This document shows, piece after piece, positions 26,794 through 38,410 of a stretch of DNA of 64,000 bases. This DNA is from Octopus vulgaris (Eukaryota): NCBI GenBank assembly GCA_951406725.2, contig OX597819.1:121272001-121336000 (forward strand), written 5' to 3'. Numbering within the stretch: the first letter of the stretch is position 1; the number at the start of each line of letters is the position of its first letter. A model generated the notes under the pieces. That model saw nothing but the letters and a program-made list of their open reading frames with translations. It was not told the DNA's origin and did not search any database. The translations under genes and the position numbers were made by a program.

Positions 26794-26845
26794 CAACATC
26801 GAAAAATGCCTTAGGAATGACAGACAGACAGACAGACAGACAGAC

Positions 26846-26914
<69 letters not shown>

Positions 26915-27197
26915 TACAGTTCGGCTGGCGATTGCATGGTCGTGAGTTCAATCTCGGCGCGGCGTGAGTTCAATAGCGTCCTTGAGCAAGACGCTTTATT
27001 TCACGTTCGTACAGTCTAGTCAGTCGGCAAAAATGAATTGTACCGGTATTTCAAAGGGCCAGCCTTGTCACATTCTGCGTCGCACTGAATCTCTCTTAAC
27101 TACATCATAGTTACACGGGTCTGTGAAGTGCACAGTCTCTTGCACGTTAATTTCATGAGCGGGTTGTTCCGTTGATCGGAACCAAATGGAACGCTCA
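26581..27197 (+). mobile_element. SINE with A-type head and tail D, split by the 26.6-26.9 kb insertion
   Basis: GGCGCGTGGCTTAGT at 26581; the element resumes at about 26915 with GAGTTCAATC, GTCCTTGAGCAAGACGCTTTATTTCACG and tail D. Confidence 0.72.
26641..26820 (+). mobile_element. 3'-truncated copy of the tRNA-headed hammerhead element
   Basis: A box TGGCGTAGTGG, anticodon-like loop CTACTAA, B box GAGTTCGATTCC, then (TAA)n and CATCGAAAAATGCCTTAGGAATGA, as at 26211. Confidence 0.85.
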
Positions 27198-27289
27198 ATG
27201 ATGTGCATTTTGAGCGCAACTCCAACTGGATGGTGCAGCTTGAGCCTGCACCATTCAGTTATGTTAATTTCCAATGATTGCCGTTGCAA

Positions 27290-27560
27290 TTGAACGTCTT
27301 CAAATTCAGCAAACGAGACAAAAAGTTCAAACCCTCTCCCATCGGAACTCAATGCCCCTACCCCAACCGGAAACTCTGAAAACGGGAAAATATCGTCATT
27401 AAGCCTACCAGCAAGAAAAACTCCATTATGGTATAACGAACCAATTTCTTTAAGCAAGAAGGACATCACAAACTGATCCATGCCATCAGTGAAACTGACA
27501 TAAATGAGGAAGTACAAACGAAGAAAGAAATACCTGGAAACGGGGAGAAGCAGACGAGGA
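27290..27560 (+). mobile_element. Penelope-like RT N-terminal (DKG-motif) fragment
   Basis: RENIVIKPTSKKNSIMV*RTNFFKQEGHHKL resembles the PLE motif NIVIKPADKG..IVV....Y..EG.RQL. Confidence 0.55.
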
Positions 27561-27839
27561 GACGATTGATTGACAAAAAGAAAAAAGAGAAAAAATACAA
27601 AGAATTCTGGTAAGGTTTTGAATTTCAGCATAAACTGAGGTGGTAAGTAAGGATCTTTTACCAACTGCCACAGAAACAAATAATAAATAAATTGAGATTT
27701 CAAATTGGATGGAACAGGATATTCAAGTTTGCATCAACATCATTTGAGAGTCCATTTTGAATCCCACAAGCAAAAATTGGCGATTGCTTTATAGTCAGAA
27801 CTCAATACTCAAATACAAGGCCTGAATTTTCGTTATACT

Positions 27840-28052
27840 AGTTTCAAAATTTGGCACAAGGCCAGCAAATTTGGACAAAGGAGTCAATCGATTACATCGA
27901 CCCCAGGGATCAACTGATACTTATTTTATCGAATCCGTAAGGATAAAAGTCAAAGTCGACCTCGGCAGATTTTGAAAAGACGTAAAGACGGACAAAATGC
28001 TTACCGGTATTTTGTCCGGTGCGCAAACGATTCTGTCCGCTCGCCGCCTTCA
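27840..28052 (-). mobile_element. Old Nin-domain SINE (family B)
   Basis: TTATTTTATCGA..CCG.AAGGAT.AAAG.CAAAGTCGACCTCGGC. Confidence 0.8.
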
Positions 28053-28323
28053 AGCCTCGTTATATCAATTTTGAAAGTGGAAATGAGATTGTTGAAAATT
28101 TTCGAAGATATTTCGTATTTTCATTCTCATTCTTTTTACCTGTTTCACATTAAAACATGTCGTGAAAGCTCAACACCACATATAGGACCGGGATGGTTGC
28201 TTTAGATATTTATTTATTCACTTGTATATTGAAAAAGTGTGTATTATATGTCAAATACCCAGAACTATGTGTTTGGGTAAGAAGCTTCTTACCATACAGC
28301 TATTACATCCACTCCTGCGCCTG

Positions 28324-28399
<76 letters not shown>

Positions 28400-28624
28400 T
28401 GTGTGTGTGTGTGCGTGTGTGTGTGCCTGTATGTATATGTATATATATATATGTATGTATATATATATGTATATATACCGGAGTAAGCACGTAAATGTGA
28501 AACAAGGTGGAAAAAAGAGTACTCAAATATCAGAGGTAGAGTAATAGGCTATATTTAAAAGCAGCAGAAATATAACAAAAACTGTTACACAGTGTTTCAC
28601 GTTCCTATGCTCTATCTATCTGTA

Positions 28625-28675
<51 letters not shown>

Positions 28676-28757
28676 AAATAGACAGACAGTCAGACAGACA
28701 GACAGCTAGATAGATAGATAGATACATACATACATAGAAAGAAATATAGATAAATAA

Positions 28758-28840
<83 letters not shown>

Positions 28841-29342
28841 TACCTGAATACACAGACAACCATGCAACAAACCACATATACACATACACATCTACACACA
28901 ATATATATATATACACACTTTAATACACACATACACTCACAAAGAAAGCACCTATATGTGTGTGTGTATAGATGCGTGTGCGCGTGTGCATGCGTGCGTA
29001 TCTACGTTTAATTATCTCTCCATTATGCCACTTGACCCAAATCTTAGCTTAGTTGTCTGTAAAATGGCGATCATTCAAGATTTATCTAACATTACAAATG
29101 TGATATTATCAACATCCTGAACACCTACTCATCTCGCTGCTGTATTCATATAGTAAAACCGTGCCGTCGCTGAGTTGACGTTCATACAATTACCCAGCAT
29201 GCATTGTTCAATGTCAAATCACACACCTCATATATAAAGTTAACCAACCAAGACATCTTACAATTATTTTGAGTGTTTGTTTTTTTTTGTTGTTTTTCCT
29301 CCCTAAGATTGTGGTATGTATTTACGTACGGGCGTATGTATC

Positions 29343-29925
29343 TATTCAGTTTTGTTTCAAGATTTCTTGCCAATAGAGAAAGAGCTGGTTTCTAACCTAG
29401 ATCCAAGCCTCCTTCATTGGAATTTCAACAACAGGGTATGTATGTATGTATGTATGTATGTATGTATGTATGTATGTATGTATGTATGTATGTATGTATG
29501 TATGTATGTATGTATGTATGTATTTATGGATGTATGTATGTATGTATGTATGCATGTATGTATGTATGTATGTATGCATGTATGTATGTATATATGTATG
29601 AATGTATATATGTATGTACGTACGTACGTACGTATGTATGTATGTACGTACGTATGTATGTACGTACGTATGTATGTATGTATGTATGTATGCATGTATG
29701 TATGTATGTATGTATGAATGTATATATGTATGTACGTGCGTACGTACGTATGTATGTATGTACGTACGTATGTATGTACGTACGTACGTATGTGTATGTG
29801 TATGTATGTATGTATGTATGTATGTATGCCATTGTTCAGTTTTGCTTCTAGATTTCTTGCCGATAGCGAAAGAGCTGGTTTCTAACCTAGATCCAAGCCT
29901 CCGTCATTGCAATTTCAACAACAGC
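29343..29925. repeat. ~90-bp direct repeats flanking a (TATG/TACG)n microsatellite
   Basis: TTCAGTTTTG...AGATTTCTTGCC.ATAG.GAAAGAGCTGGTTTCTAACCTAGATCCAAGCCTCC.TCATTG.AATTTCAACAACA at about 29345 and 29835. Confidence 0.9.
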
Positions 29926-30017
29926 AACAGAACATTTTTGCATGTATGAGTGTATATTTCCTGTATATGGAGTCAGGGCAAGTAGTCTATGTATATATGT
30001 ATATATGCATGTATGCG

Positions 30018-31005
30018 TGGAGGCGTGTTGCCTAGTGGTTAAGGTGTTGCACTCATGATCGGCAGATCGTAGGTTCGGTTCCCAAACTGGGTGGCAGGTT
30101 ATATTTGTAAGATCAGAAGGCTGCGTATTCAGATCACGTCGGGTCCCCTGTGTAAGCAATAGAATCACATGTGGTCGCATCGTGTAGGAAATACGATCGC
30201 ACGTGGTTCTACTCTTAACAAATTATTACAAGCCATAAATACATGCAGTAACAATAGAACATAAGTGAATTGACGACAAGTCTTGCTGTTGAGATATAAA
30301 TATTGTTTATTTTACAATCGTGTCAACGTTAGGAGTTTGTAAGCGTTCGCATGTCTTGTGTCTATGTGTTCGTGTGTGTGGCAGGACAATCAGGGTGAAT
30401 GCGGCTGGCATAGAAGGTACATGATGGTGGCGACGGGGAAGATAGTAGGCTTTCTATGATTGTGTACATTAGCGTAGCCGGTAGTAGCCGGAACAATCGT
30501 ATATCGCTTGGTTGAATAACGCTGTGGCCTAAAGTTAGTTCTTAGAAGAACTGGAACTAAAAGACGAAAACTGTCTGAAAACACTCCTTTATATACCGGT
30601 TGGTTGGCTCAAACGAGCCTCAAAAACGGAATCTTAACCAAAGGCCGTGATTGGTTATTTCGGGACAGTGGCGCGAAATAAGTAGAGACAAATCGCGTCA
30701 CGTGTCAACCAATCAGGTTAGTGTTTACAACAGGAACTAGTTGGCCAAAGATGGCTGTAACCTCAAACGAGATCATTTCTTGCCTTGCCTTTCAACAGTG
30801 ACGATATTAGAAATCGCTATAGTCATATTTCAAAATGGCTGAAACTGCCATGCTACATTTTCTTGAGCAAACCACTACATTTCACGTTGCACCTCCTCGC
30901 CATCCAGCCATTGTGGTGGTGTCATTCGAAGGCTAAAACAATGCGAAACACAGTGACCAGCGATTTGCAACAAGTGGTAGTCTGGTCGATCACGTGGTCA
31001 CGTAA
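30018..31005 (+). mobile_element. tRNA-derived SINE (A-type head), split by a ~770-bp insertion
   Basis: Head GGAGGCGTGTTGCCTAGTGG...GGTTCGGTTCC at 30018-30092; the CORE-like TTCTTGAGCAAACCACTACATTTCACGTTGC resumes at about 30860. Confidence 0.6.
30287..30797 (-). mobile_element. Probable solo LTR
   Basis: TGTTGA...TCAACA termini. In minus-strand order: CCAAT motifs, TATATAAA (30588-30595), then AATAAA about 20 nt from the end. No TSD is seen. Confidence 0.62.
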
Positions 31006-31444
31006 TGATGTATGTATATATGTACCTACGTATATGTGCATATGTTGTATCTGTGTATTTGTGCATTATATATATATATTATTTGTGTTTATTTATTGTT
31101 TTATTTATTATGGTAGTTTTGACATGAAGAGTCCCTCCTAGCGTGAGGCATTTATGTATAGTACTGCCCTTAATATATAAATGTATTTAAGAGGAACAAT
31201 TAATGGATTTTTCCCTTATGAGGTTTTTCACGCTAACTACTTGATAAATTCTTATAAAGATTTTATCGTATTTTTCAATTGCATATGTGTGTGTGTGTCT
31301 ATGTGTCTGTGTGTCCGTGTCTGTGTGAGTGTGTATGTGGGTGTGTAAATCCTTGGATGAATCCATGTACGTATTTATATCTATACATCTAAGTATGTAT
31401 ATATGTATTGATGGATGGATGTAGAAAGGTGTGCATGAATGTAT

Positions 31445-31560
31445 CAGGGCCGGATTAAGACCCACAGCGGCCCAAAACACTTAAAAGAATTTAGTGCCCC
31501 CGTATATATGTAATTCAAAATATAAACAATAATAAACAATAAAATTAATTTTATCTTTCA
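31445..31560. mobile_element. Possible hAT-like MITE end
   Basis: CAGGGCCGGATTAAGACC terminus-like motif; the partner end was not found. Confidence 0.4.
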
Positions 31561-31629
31561 AAATGAAAGAAAACGAACAGTAAGATTGAAAAAAAATATT
31601 TTTATAATTTGTATTTATTTATTTTATTC

Positions 31630-32023
31630 TTTTCTAGTCTAGGCACAAGGCCCGAAATTTGGGGGAGGGAGCCAGTCGATTATATCGACCCCAGTGCGCA
31701 ACTGGTACTTAATTTATTGATCCCGAAAGAATTAAACACAAAGTCGACCTCGGCGGAATTTGAACTCAGAACGTAAAGACAGTGGAAACACCTATTTATT
31801 TACAGCCCACAGGGGCTAAACACAGAGAGGACAAACAAGGATAGACAAACGGATTAAGTCGATTATATCGACCCCAGTGCGTAACTGGTACTTAATTTAT
31901 CGACCCCGAAAGGATGAAAGGCAAAGTCGACCTCGGCGGAATTTGAACTCAGAACGTAACGGCAGACGAAATACCGCCAAGCATTTCGCCCGGCGTGCTA
32001 GCGTTTCTGCCAGCTCACCGCTT
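31630..32023 (-). mobile_element. Dimeric Nin-domain SINE (family B)
   Basis: Head + Nin + tail 1, followed by a headless B-box + Nin + tail 2. Confidence 0.92.
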
Positions 32024-32396
32024 TATATATTTATTTTATCATGAATGCAAACTAGAGGAATGGACGTAAACTCAAATAACAAACCGCAATATGGTGAGGG
32101 ATTACTGTAGCTACTTCGAATGTTATATGATCAGTGACTGGTTGTCGCTTGGTTTTCTACATGAGCTTCTACCATCCGCATTTACGACCACAAAAAATAA
32201 AGAAATAAAGAAAAGATAAATAAACCGATTTTCGGACGTTGGGCAGTTGCGCGTACGATAACTATGGAAGCATCTGGAAACGCAGGACTCCTTCAGACCC
32301 GGGCATCCCACTGCCTACCTCTGTTTCTCACTCAGTCGCTTTTGTGTATCAGCTGCGTTTGAATGAAAATAGTGTTGAAAAATATACATCCGACAT

Positions 32397-32555
32397 ACCA
32401 CCACCACCACCACCACCACCATTACCAGCACCAGCACCAGCTCCATCACCAGCTCCATCACCAGCATCACCACCACCACCACCACCACCACCACCAGCTC
32501 CAGCACCAGCACCACCACCAGCACCAGCACCACCACCATCACCACCAGCACCATC

Positions 32556-32586
<31 letters not shown>

Positions 32587-32600
32587 GCACCACCAGCACC

Positions 32601-32631
<31 letters not shown>

Positions 32632-32759
32632 CCACCACCACCACCACCACCACCACCACCACCACCACCACCACCACCACCACCACCACCACCTGCTGGT
32701 GTTGGTAGTGGTGGTAGTGGTGGTGGTGCCGCTGCTGTTGCTGGTAGTGGTAATGGTGG

Positions 32760-32790
<31 letters not shown>

Positions 32791-33150
32791 GATGGAGCTG
32801 GTGGTGGTGCTGGTGATGGAGCTGGTGGTGGTGCTGGTAATGGTGGTGGTGGTGCTGGTTGTGGTGGTGGTGCTGGTGGTGGTGGTGCTGGTGGTGCTGG
32901 TGCTGGTGGTGCTGGTGGTGCTGGTGGTGGTGCTGGTGGTGCTGGTAGTGCTGGTGGTGCTGGTGGTGCTGGTGGTGCTGGTGCTGGTGGTGGTGCTGGT
33001 GATAGAGCTGGTGATGGAGCTGGTGATGGAGCTGGTGATGGAGGTGGTGGTGATGCTGGTGATGGAGCTGGTGATGGAGCTGGTGCTGGTGCTGGTAATG
33101 GTGGTGGTGGTGGTGGTGGTGGTGGTGGTGGTGGTGGTAGTGGTGGTGGT
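32397..33150. repeat. Fold-back (CCA)n/(TGG)n trinucleotide inverted repeat
   Basis: The CCA-type arm switches to TGG-type at about 32693, and the variant units at the outer ends mirror each other. Confidence 0.9.
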
Positions 33151-33488
33151 CGTGGCGATGATATTATTTATGTTGCGGTAGCGACGTCGTCGTTGTTATT
33201 GTTGTTGGTGCTGTTTATGATGGTAGTGGTGGTGGTGGTGGTGGTGGTAGTAGAGGTGACGGTGGCATTAGTAACAATAGTATGGAAGACGCTTGTTTGT
33301 TGCGACGACGACGACGATGATTTTGATGATGATGATGAGGAGGAGGAGGAGGAGGAGAAGGAGGAGGAGGAGGATGATACTGGTGGTGGTGCTCGTGGTG
33401 GAGCTGGTGGTGCTGCTGGTGGTGCTCGTGGTGAAGCTGGTGGTGGTGCTGGTATTGGTGGTGGTGCTGGTGGTGGTGGTGGTGGTGG

Positions 33489-33519
<31 letters not shown>

Positions 33520-33731
33520 GCTGGTGCTGGTGCTGGTGGTAATGGTGGTGGTAACCAGTGGTGGTTACACGTTGTTGTTGTTCATAGTGTTATTGTTAAA
33601 GCTGCTGCTACGGCTATTGCTACTGCTGCGGCTACTGCTGCTACTATTGTCCTTGTTATTGTAATTCTTATGAGTGTGTCTTTTTTTTTAAGATTAATGT
33701 TTATATTCATGTGTGTGTGTGTGTGTGTGAG

Positions 33732-33762
<31 letters not shown>

Positions 33763-33874
33763 AGTGTGTGTGTGTGTGTGTGTGTGTTACTGCAACCGTC
33801 ATCTTATCTTTATCGCACATGCATTACCATGCAAGGATGGGAACAAGCTGACAACAATTCCTGTCTGTCAACAA

Positions 33875-34023
33875 CACCATCATCATCATCATCATCATCG
33901 TAGTCATCACCATCATCACCACCACCACCATCATCATAGTCATTATCATCATTGTCGTCATCACCACCACCACAAACATCATTAGCCTTAACCTCATCAT
34001 CATCATCGTCATCACCATCATCG

Positions 34024-34059
<36 letters not shown>

Positions 34060-34178
34060 CCATCATCATCATCATTATCATCGTCATCGTCATCATCATC
34101 ATCGTCATCATCATCATCGTCATCATCATCATCGTCATCATCATCACCGTCATCATAATCATCGTCATCATCATCATC

Positions 34179-34230
<52 letters not shown>

Positions 34231-34350
34231 CCACCACCACTACTCTCATCAGCGTTGCCATCACCATCACCACATCACTACCTTCATTACCACCGCCATC
34301 GCCACCATCACCACCGCTACCATTATTACCGCCACTACCACCACCACTAA
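33875..34350. repeat. (CAT/CAC)n microsatellite
   Basis: Direct reading. Confidence 0.97.
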
Positions 34351-34552
34351 CGAGTGTCTTCTGCTGTAGCCTGGGCTGTCTAGACGGTTGCGTATGATGT
34401 TGTGGAAGAAAACTGAAAGAAGCCCATCGTATATGTTACTGTGTGTGTGTACGTGTGCGTGTGTATGTGTGTCTGTGTGTGTTGGTGTCTCCACCACACC
34501 TGCATGGCAACCAGTGCTGGTTTGTTTACGTCCCCCGTGCGTTCGTGGTTAG

Positions 34553-35115
34553 GCACTAGCCCAGAAGGAATATAAGAGACACCATGACAATATAGCCAGG
34601 CTTGTCCATTGGACACTCTGCAAGAAGTATGGACTTGACAGAGCAAAATATTGGTACGACCACAAACCTGAACGCATCGTCGAAAACAGAAATGCAAAGA
34701 TCCTATGGGATTTTATGATTCAGTGCGACCATGAAATAGAGAATAGGAAGCCGGACATAGTCTTAATTGAGAAAGAAAACAAACTTTGCTTGATCATAGA
34801 TATGGCATGCCCAGCTGACAGCAATGTATGCGATAAGGAAGAAAGAAAAGTTGAGAGATATGACAGGTTAGCTTAGGAAGTTAAGCAGTTGTGGTCGGTG
34901 AAAAAGGTAGCATTAGTACTAATAATTGTCAGAGCCCTGGGAACAGAGGGCAAAAATCTCGAGAAGTACGTGGAACAAATAGGGCCTGCAATAAGGGTGG
35001 AGCACTTGCAGAAAAACAGCACTACTAGGAACCGCTCGAATACTCCGGAAGGTGTTCGAAAAATAAGAGGTGTTACCATTGTTCACTGGTAATGAACAGC
35101 TGACACCGTAGTACA
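34553..35115 (+). mobile_element. R4/Dong-like non-LTR retrotransposon 3' end (restriction-like endonuclease domain)
   Basis: LAQKEYKRHHDNIARLVHWTLCKKYGL...KILWDFMIQCDHEIENRKPDIVLIEK...IIDMACPAD...KEERKVERY...ALLGTARILRKV, with one stop and one frameshift. Confidence 0.9.
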
Positions 35116-35130
35116 TCATTGTTATAGGCG

Positions 35131-35530
35131 TAGGAGTGGATGTGTTGTAAGTAGCTTGTTTACCAACCACGTGGCTCCGAGTTCTGTCACATTGCGTGGC
35201 ACCTTGGGCAAGTGTCTTCTACTATAGCCTCGGGCCGACCAAAGCCTTGTGAGTAGATTTGGTAGACGGAAACTGAAAGAATCCTGTCGTATATATGTAT
35301 ATATCTATATATGGATGTGTGTGTATATGTTTGTGCGTCTGTGTTTGTCCCCCCAACATCGCTTGACAATCGATGCTGGTGTGTTTACATCCCCGTGACT
35401 AAGCGGTTCGGCAAAAGAGACCGATAGACTAAGTACTAGGCTAACAAAGAACAAGTCCTGGGGTCGATTTGCTCGACTAAAGGCGGTGCTCCAGCATGGC
35501 CGCAGTCAAATGACTAAAACAAGTAAAAGA
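35131..35530 (+). mobile_element. SINE family C, full length
   Basis: Collinear with 6036-6425. An older fragment lies at 34353-34550. Confidence 0.92.
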
Positions 35531-35991
35531 TAAAAAAAAGTATACATAAATACGTACGTACGTATATACATACATGTGTATGTATGTGTAATGTCCTGAA
35601 GGAAAGAATCATTCGGCGATAAGAGACAGAGGTATGTGAAAGTAGCTCCTACATCTTCCTTCACCGGAAAATGTCGTCTCAAAAAGAAAGAATGCTTACT
35701 TTTTTTTCTGAAATTTTTCTAAAACAATTGACATTTATTTTTAAAGGAAGCTTCCCATCTGCAGCGGAAATATCTACAACAGACTCGAAGTAAATAAAAT
35801 ATAAACAGCTTACTATTTCAGTCAGACCATGCACAAAACATACATATCGAAATACATACATACATGCATACATAGATATATACATATATACATATATATC
35901 CATATATTTCCCTTCTTTCCTGAACGCCCAATAATACTTTATTTGTGCCACATCCTCGCGTTGTTGTCTTTTTGTTTTCTTGTTTGGATTA

Positions 35992-36057
<66 letters not shown>

Positions 36058-36084
36058 CGTGTTTGTGTATCGTTATGTGTATTT

Positions 36085-36630
36085 TATGTACAGAGAAGGT
36101 TCACAAAGAAGATCGTCCCTTTGCATCTGCTCAGCTACTGGGAAAGGCTGAAACAGCTAAGACTCTACTCTGCTCCCTGGAGAGAAGGCGGGAGAGTTAT
36201 GCAGTAATATACATCTGGAAGATCCTGGAAGGAATTGTGCCAAATTTTGGCATTGAAAGCTATAGCAATGCCAGAACGGCACGACACTGCATAGTGCCAA
36301 AGATCCCAACAATGCCATCACGCGTCAGGACCAGTTACTGCAACAGCCTGGGATTTCAAGGGCCCACACATTTTTAATATTCTCCCAAAGAGCCTGAGGA
36401 ACCTGCACAAAGTAGATGTAGGAGGTTTCAAATCAAAGCTGGACATCTTCCTGTCGAGAGTCCCAGATGAACCTACCTCACGGCAAGAGATGTAAATGTG
36501 GGTAGCTATATCAAACTCCATTCTTCACCAAGTGCCACATATTGGAGGAGGCTCTCAGTAATAACAGTGTAGCCAAACGGTGGTGCATCAGCATGGCCGC
36601 AGCTATGAGCTGAAACTACAGCAAAAAAAG
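36085..36630 (+). mobile_element. CR1-like LINE 3' end
   Basis: VQRRFTKKI...SYWERLKQLRLYS/LERRRESYAVIYIWKILEGIVPN...GP.IFNILPKSLRNL...FKSKLDIFLSRVPDEP, followed by a 3' UTR and an A-rich end. Confidence 0.88.
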
Positions 36631-37264
36631 TCTTGGTATAAAATAGTAAAACATTAATTGAAGGATTAGACAATCTACTTAAAGACAGTATATAGCCTAC
36701 ATTTGGCGAAGAAAAGGTTACTAACCTTTTCCTGATATATATATATATATATACGTATGTATTATCTCCCCCTTTTTTTACTTCTCTCTTCTTTTTTTCC
36801 TTTCTTTCTTCTCTCTTCCTATTTTTGATTTGACCTTACAAATACATTCCCGACTTTTAAATCATTTCAAAAAAACAATATATATATATAAACCCTTCAT
36901 CGAAAAACACCTTTTATAAGACTATGCTTGGAATGACCAATTATAAGCAACATTGGAACCCACACACAAGGTACAGGAAACTTATGTATACACCATTCTA
37001 CTCAAATAATGGAACTGCAGATACAATATCCTTACGTATCTCACGTCTGTTTTTCCTCCTCCACTTCACTCTGTATTTCATATCTTTTCTATAATAACTA
37101 TTGCTCAACCATTTAGGATTGCCAGCACGACCCATACGACTGACCAACAAGATCAGCAGGGTCACTTATTGTCCTCCAAGGTACCTCATGCACAAGCATG
37201 ATGAATTTTCTCCACATCTCCAGGTGTGAATCACGTGGCAGGTTTTCTAGATCGCTCATCGTCT

Positions 37265-37482
37265 TCCAGCTGGCGGAATCGTTAGCATTCCGGACAAAAT
37301 GCTTAGTGACATTTCGTCCGGCTTTACGTTCTGAGTTCAAATTCCGCCGAAGTCGATTTTACCATTCATTCTTTTGGACTCGATAAAATAAATAACAGCT
37401 GATCAATGGGGGTTGATGTAATCGACATGACCCAACCCACTTACCCCGAAATTGCTGGCCTTGTGCCAAAGGTTGAAACCAA
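37265..37482 (+). mobile_element. Old Nin-domain SINE (family B)
   Basis: AGCTGGCGGAATCGTTAGCA...TTCTGAGTTCAAATTCCGCCGA. Confidence 0.8.
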
Positions 37483-37831
37483 TATCACAGTGAGATATAA
37501 TTATTAGCAAATACGCCAACGACAGCGACAATGAGGAAAATAATATGGTCTATAACATCAATGGTGTATTGGAAGGAGTCCACGAGGCAGCCAAAAGCCC
37601 CTCAAATCCCACCCTACTGTTTTAAACAGTAAATGTGGCCCAGCATACACTGTTTCTGGGTCAAATGAATTGGATGAACATGGTTGGATTGCCTTTGACC
37701 ATCAGCCTGATGTATCATGGTCAACCCGGGGGTAGAAGTCTAAAGACAACAACGATGAAAAATAGCAGCAAAAAATTATCTGCAATGTGGCAGCAATGAT
37801 AGGAATATAAGAACAAGGTGCTTGGATGACT

Positions 37832-38410
37832 CTCTTTTACTTGTTTCAGTCAGTTGACTGCGGCCATGCTGGAGCATCGCCTTTAGTCGAGCAAATCGAC
37901 CCCAGGACTTATTCTTTGTAAGCCTAGTACTTATTCTAGCGGTCTCTTTTACCGAACTGCTAAGTTACAGAGACGTAAACACACCAGCATGGGGAGACAA
38001 GCACACACACACAAACATATTCACACACATGCATATACATATATACACTCACAAGGCTTTGGTTGGCCCGAGGCTATAGTAGAAGACACCTGCCCAAGGT
38101 GCCACGCAGTGGGACTGAACCCGGTATCATGTAGTCCGTAAGCAAGCTACTTACCACACAGCCACTCCTAGGACTTATTCTTTGTAAGCCTAGTACTTAT
38201 TCTATCGGTCTCTTTGGCCGAACCGTTAAGTTACGGAGACGTAAACACACCACCATCGGTTGTCAAGCGATGTTCGGAGGAAAACACAGACACACAGACA
38301 TACACACACACACACATATATATATACATATACATATATAGGACTTGTTTCTTTCAGCTTCCGTCTACCAAATCCATTCACAAGGCTATGGTCGGCCTGA
38401 GGCTATAGCA
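37832..38410 (-). mobile_element. Two abutting SINE family C copies
   Basis: GGACTTATTCTTTGTAAGCCTAGTACTTATTCTA occurs at about 37905 and 38172. Confidence 0.88.

Noticed and set aside
27068-27703. 211-aa minus-strand ORF
   Set aside because: It spans a SINE tail and the antisense of a PLE fragment, and shows no recognisable domain.
32239-33903. 554-aa Pro/Gly-rich ORF with an apparent TM segment and acidic tract
   Set aside because: It is built from stop-free CCA/TGG/GAG/TG repeats, has a non-ATG start and contains no complex domain. It is a microsatellite artefact.
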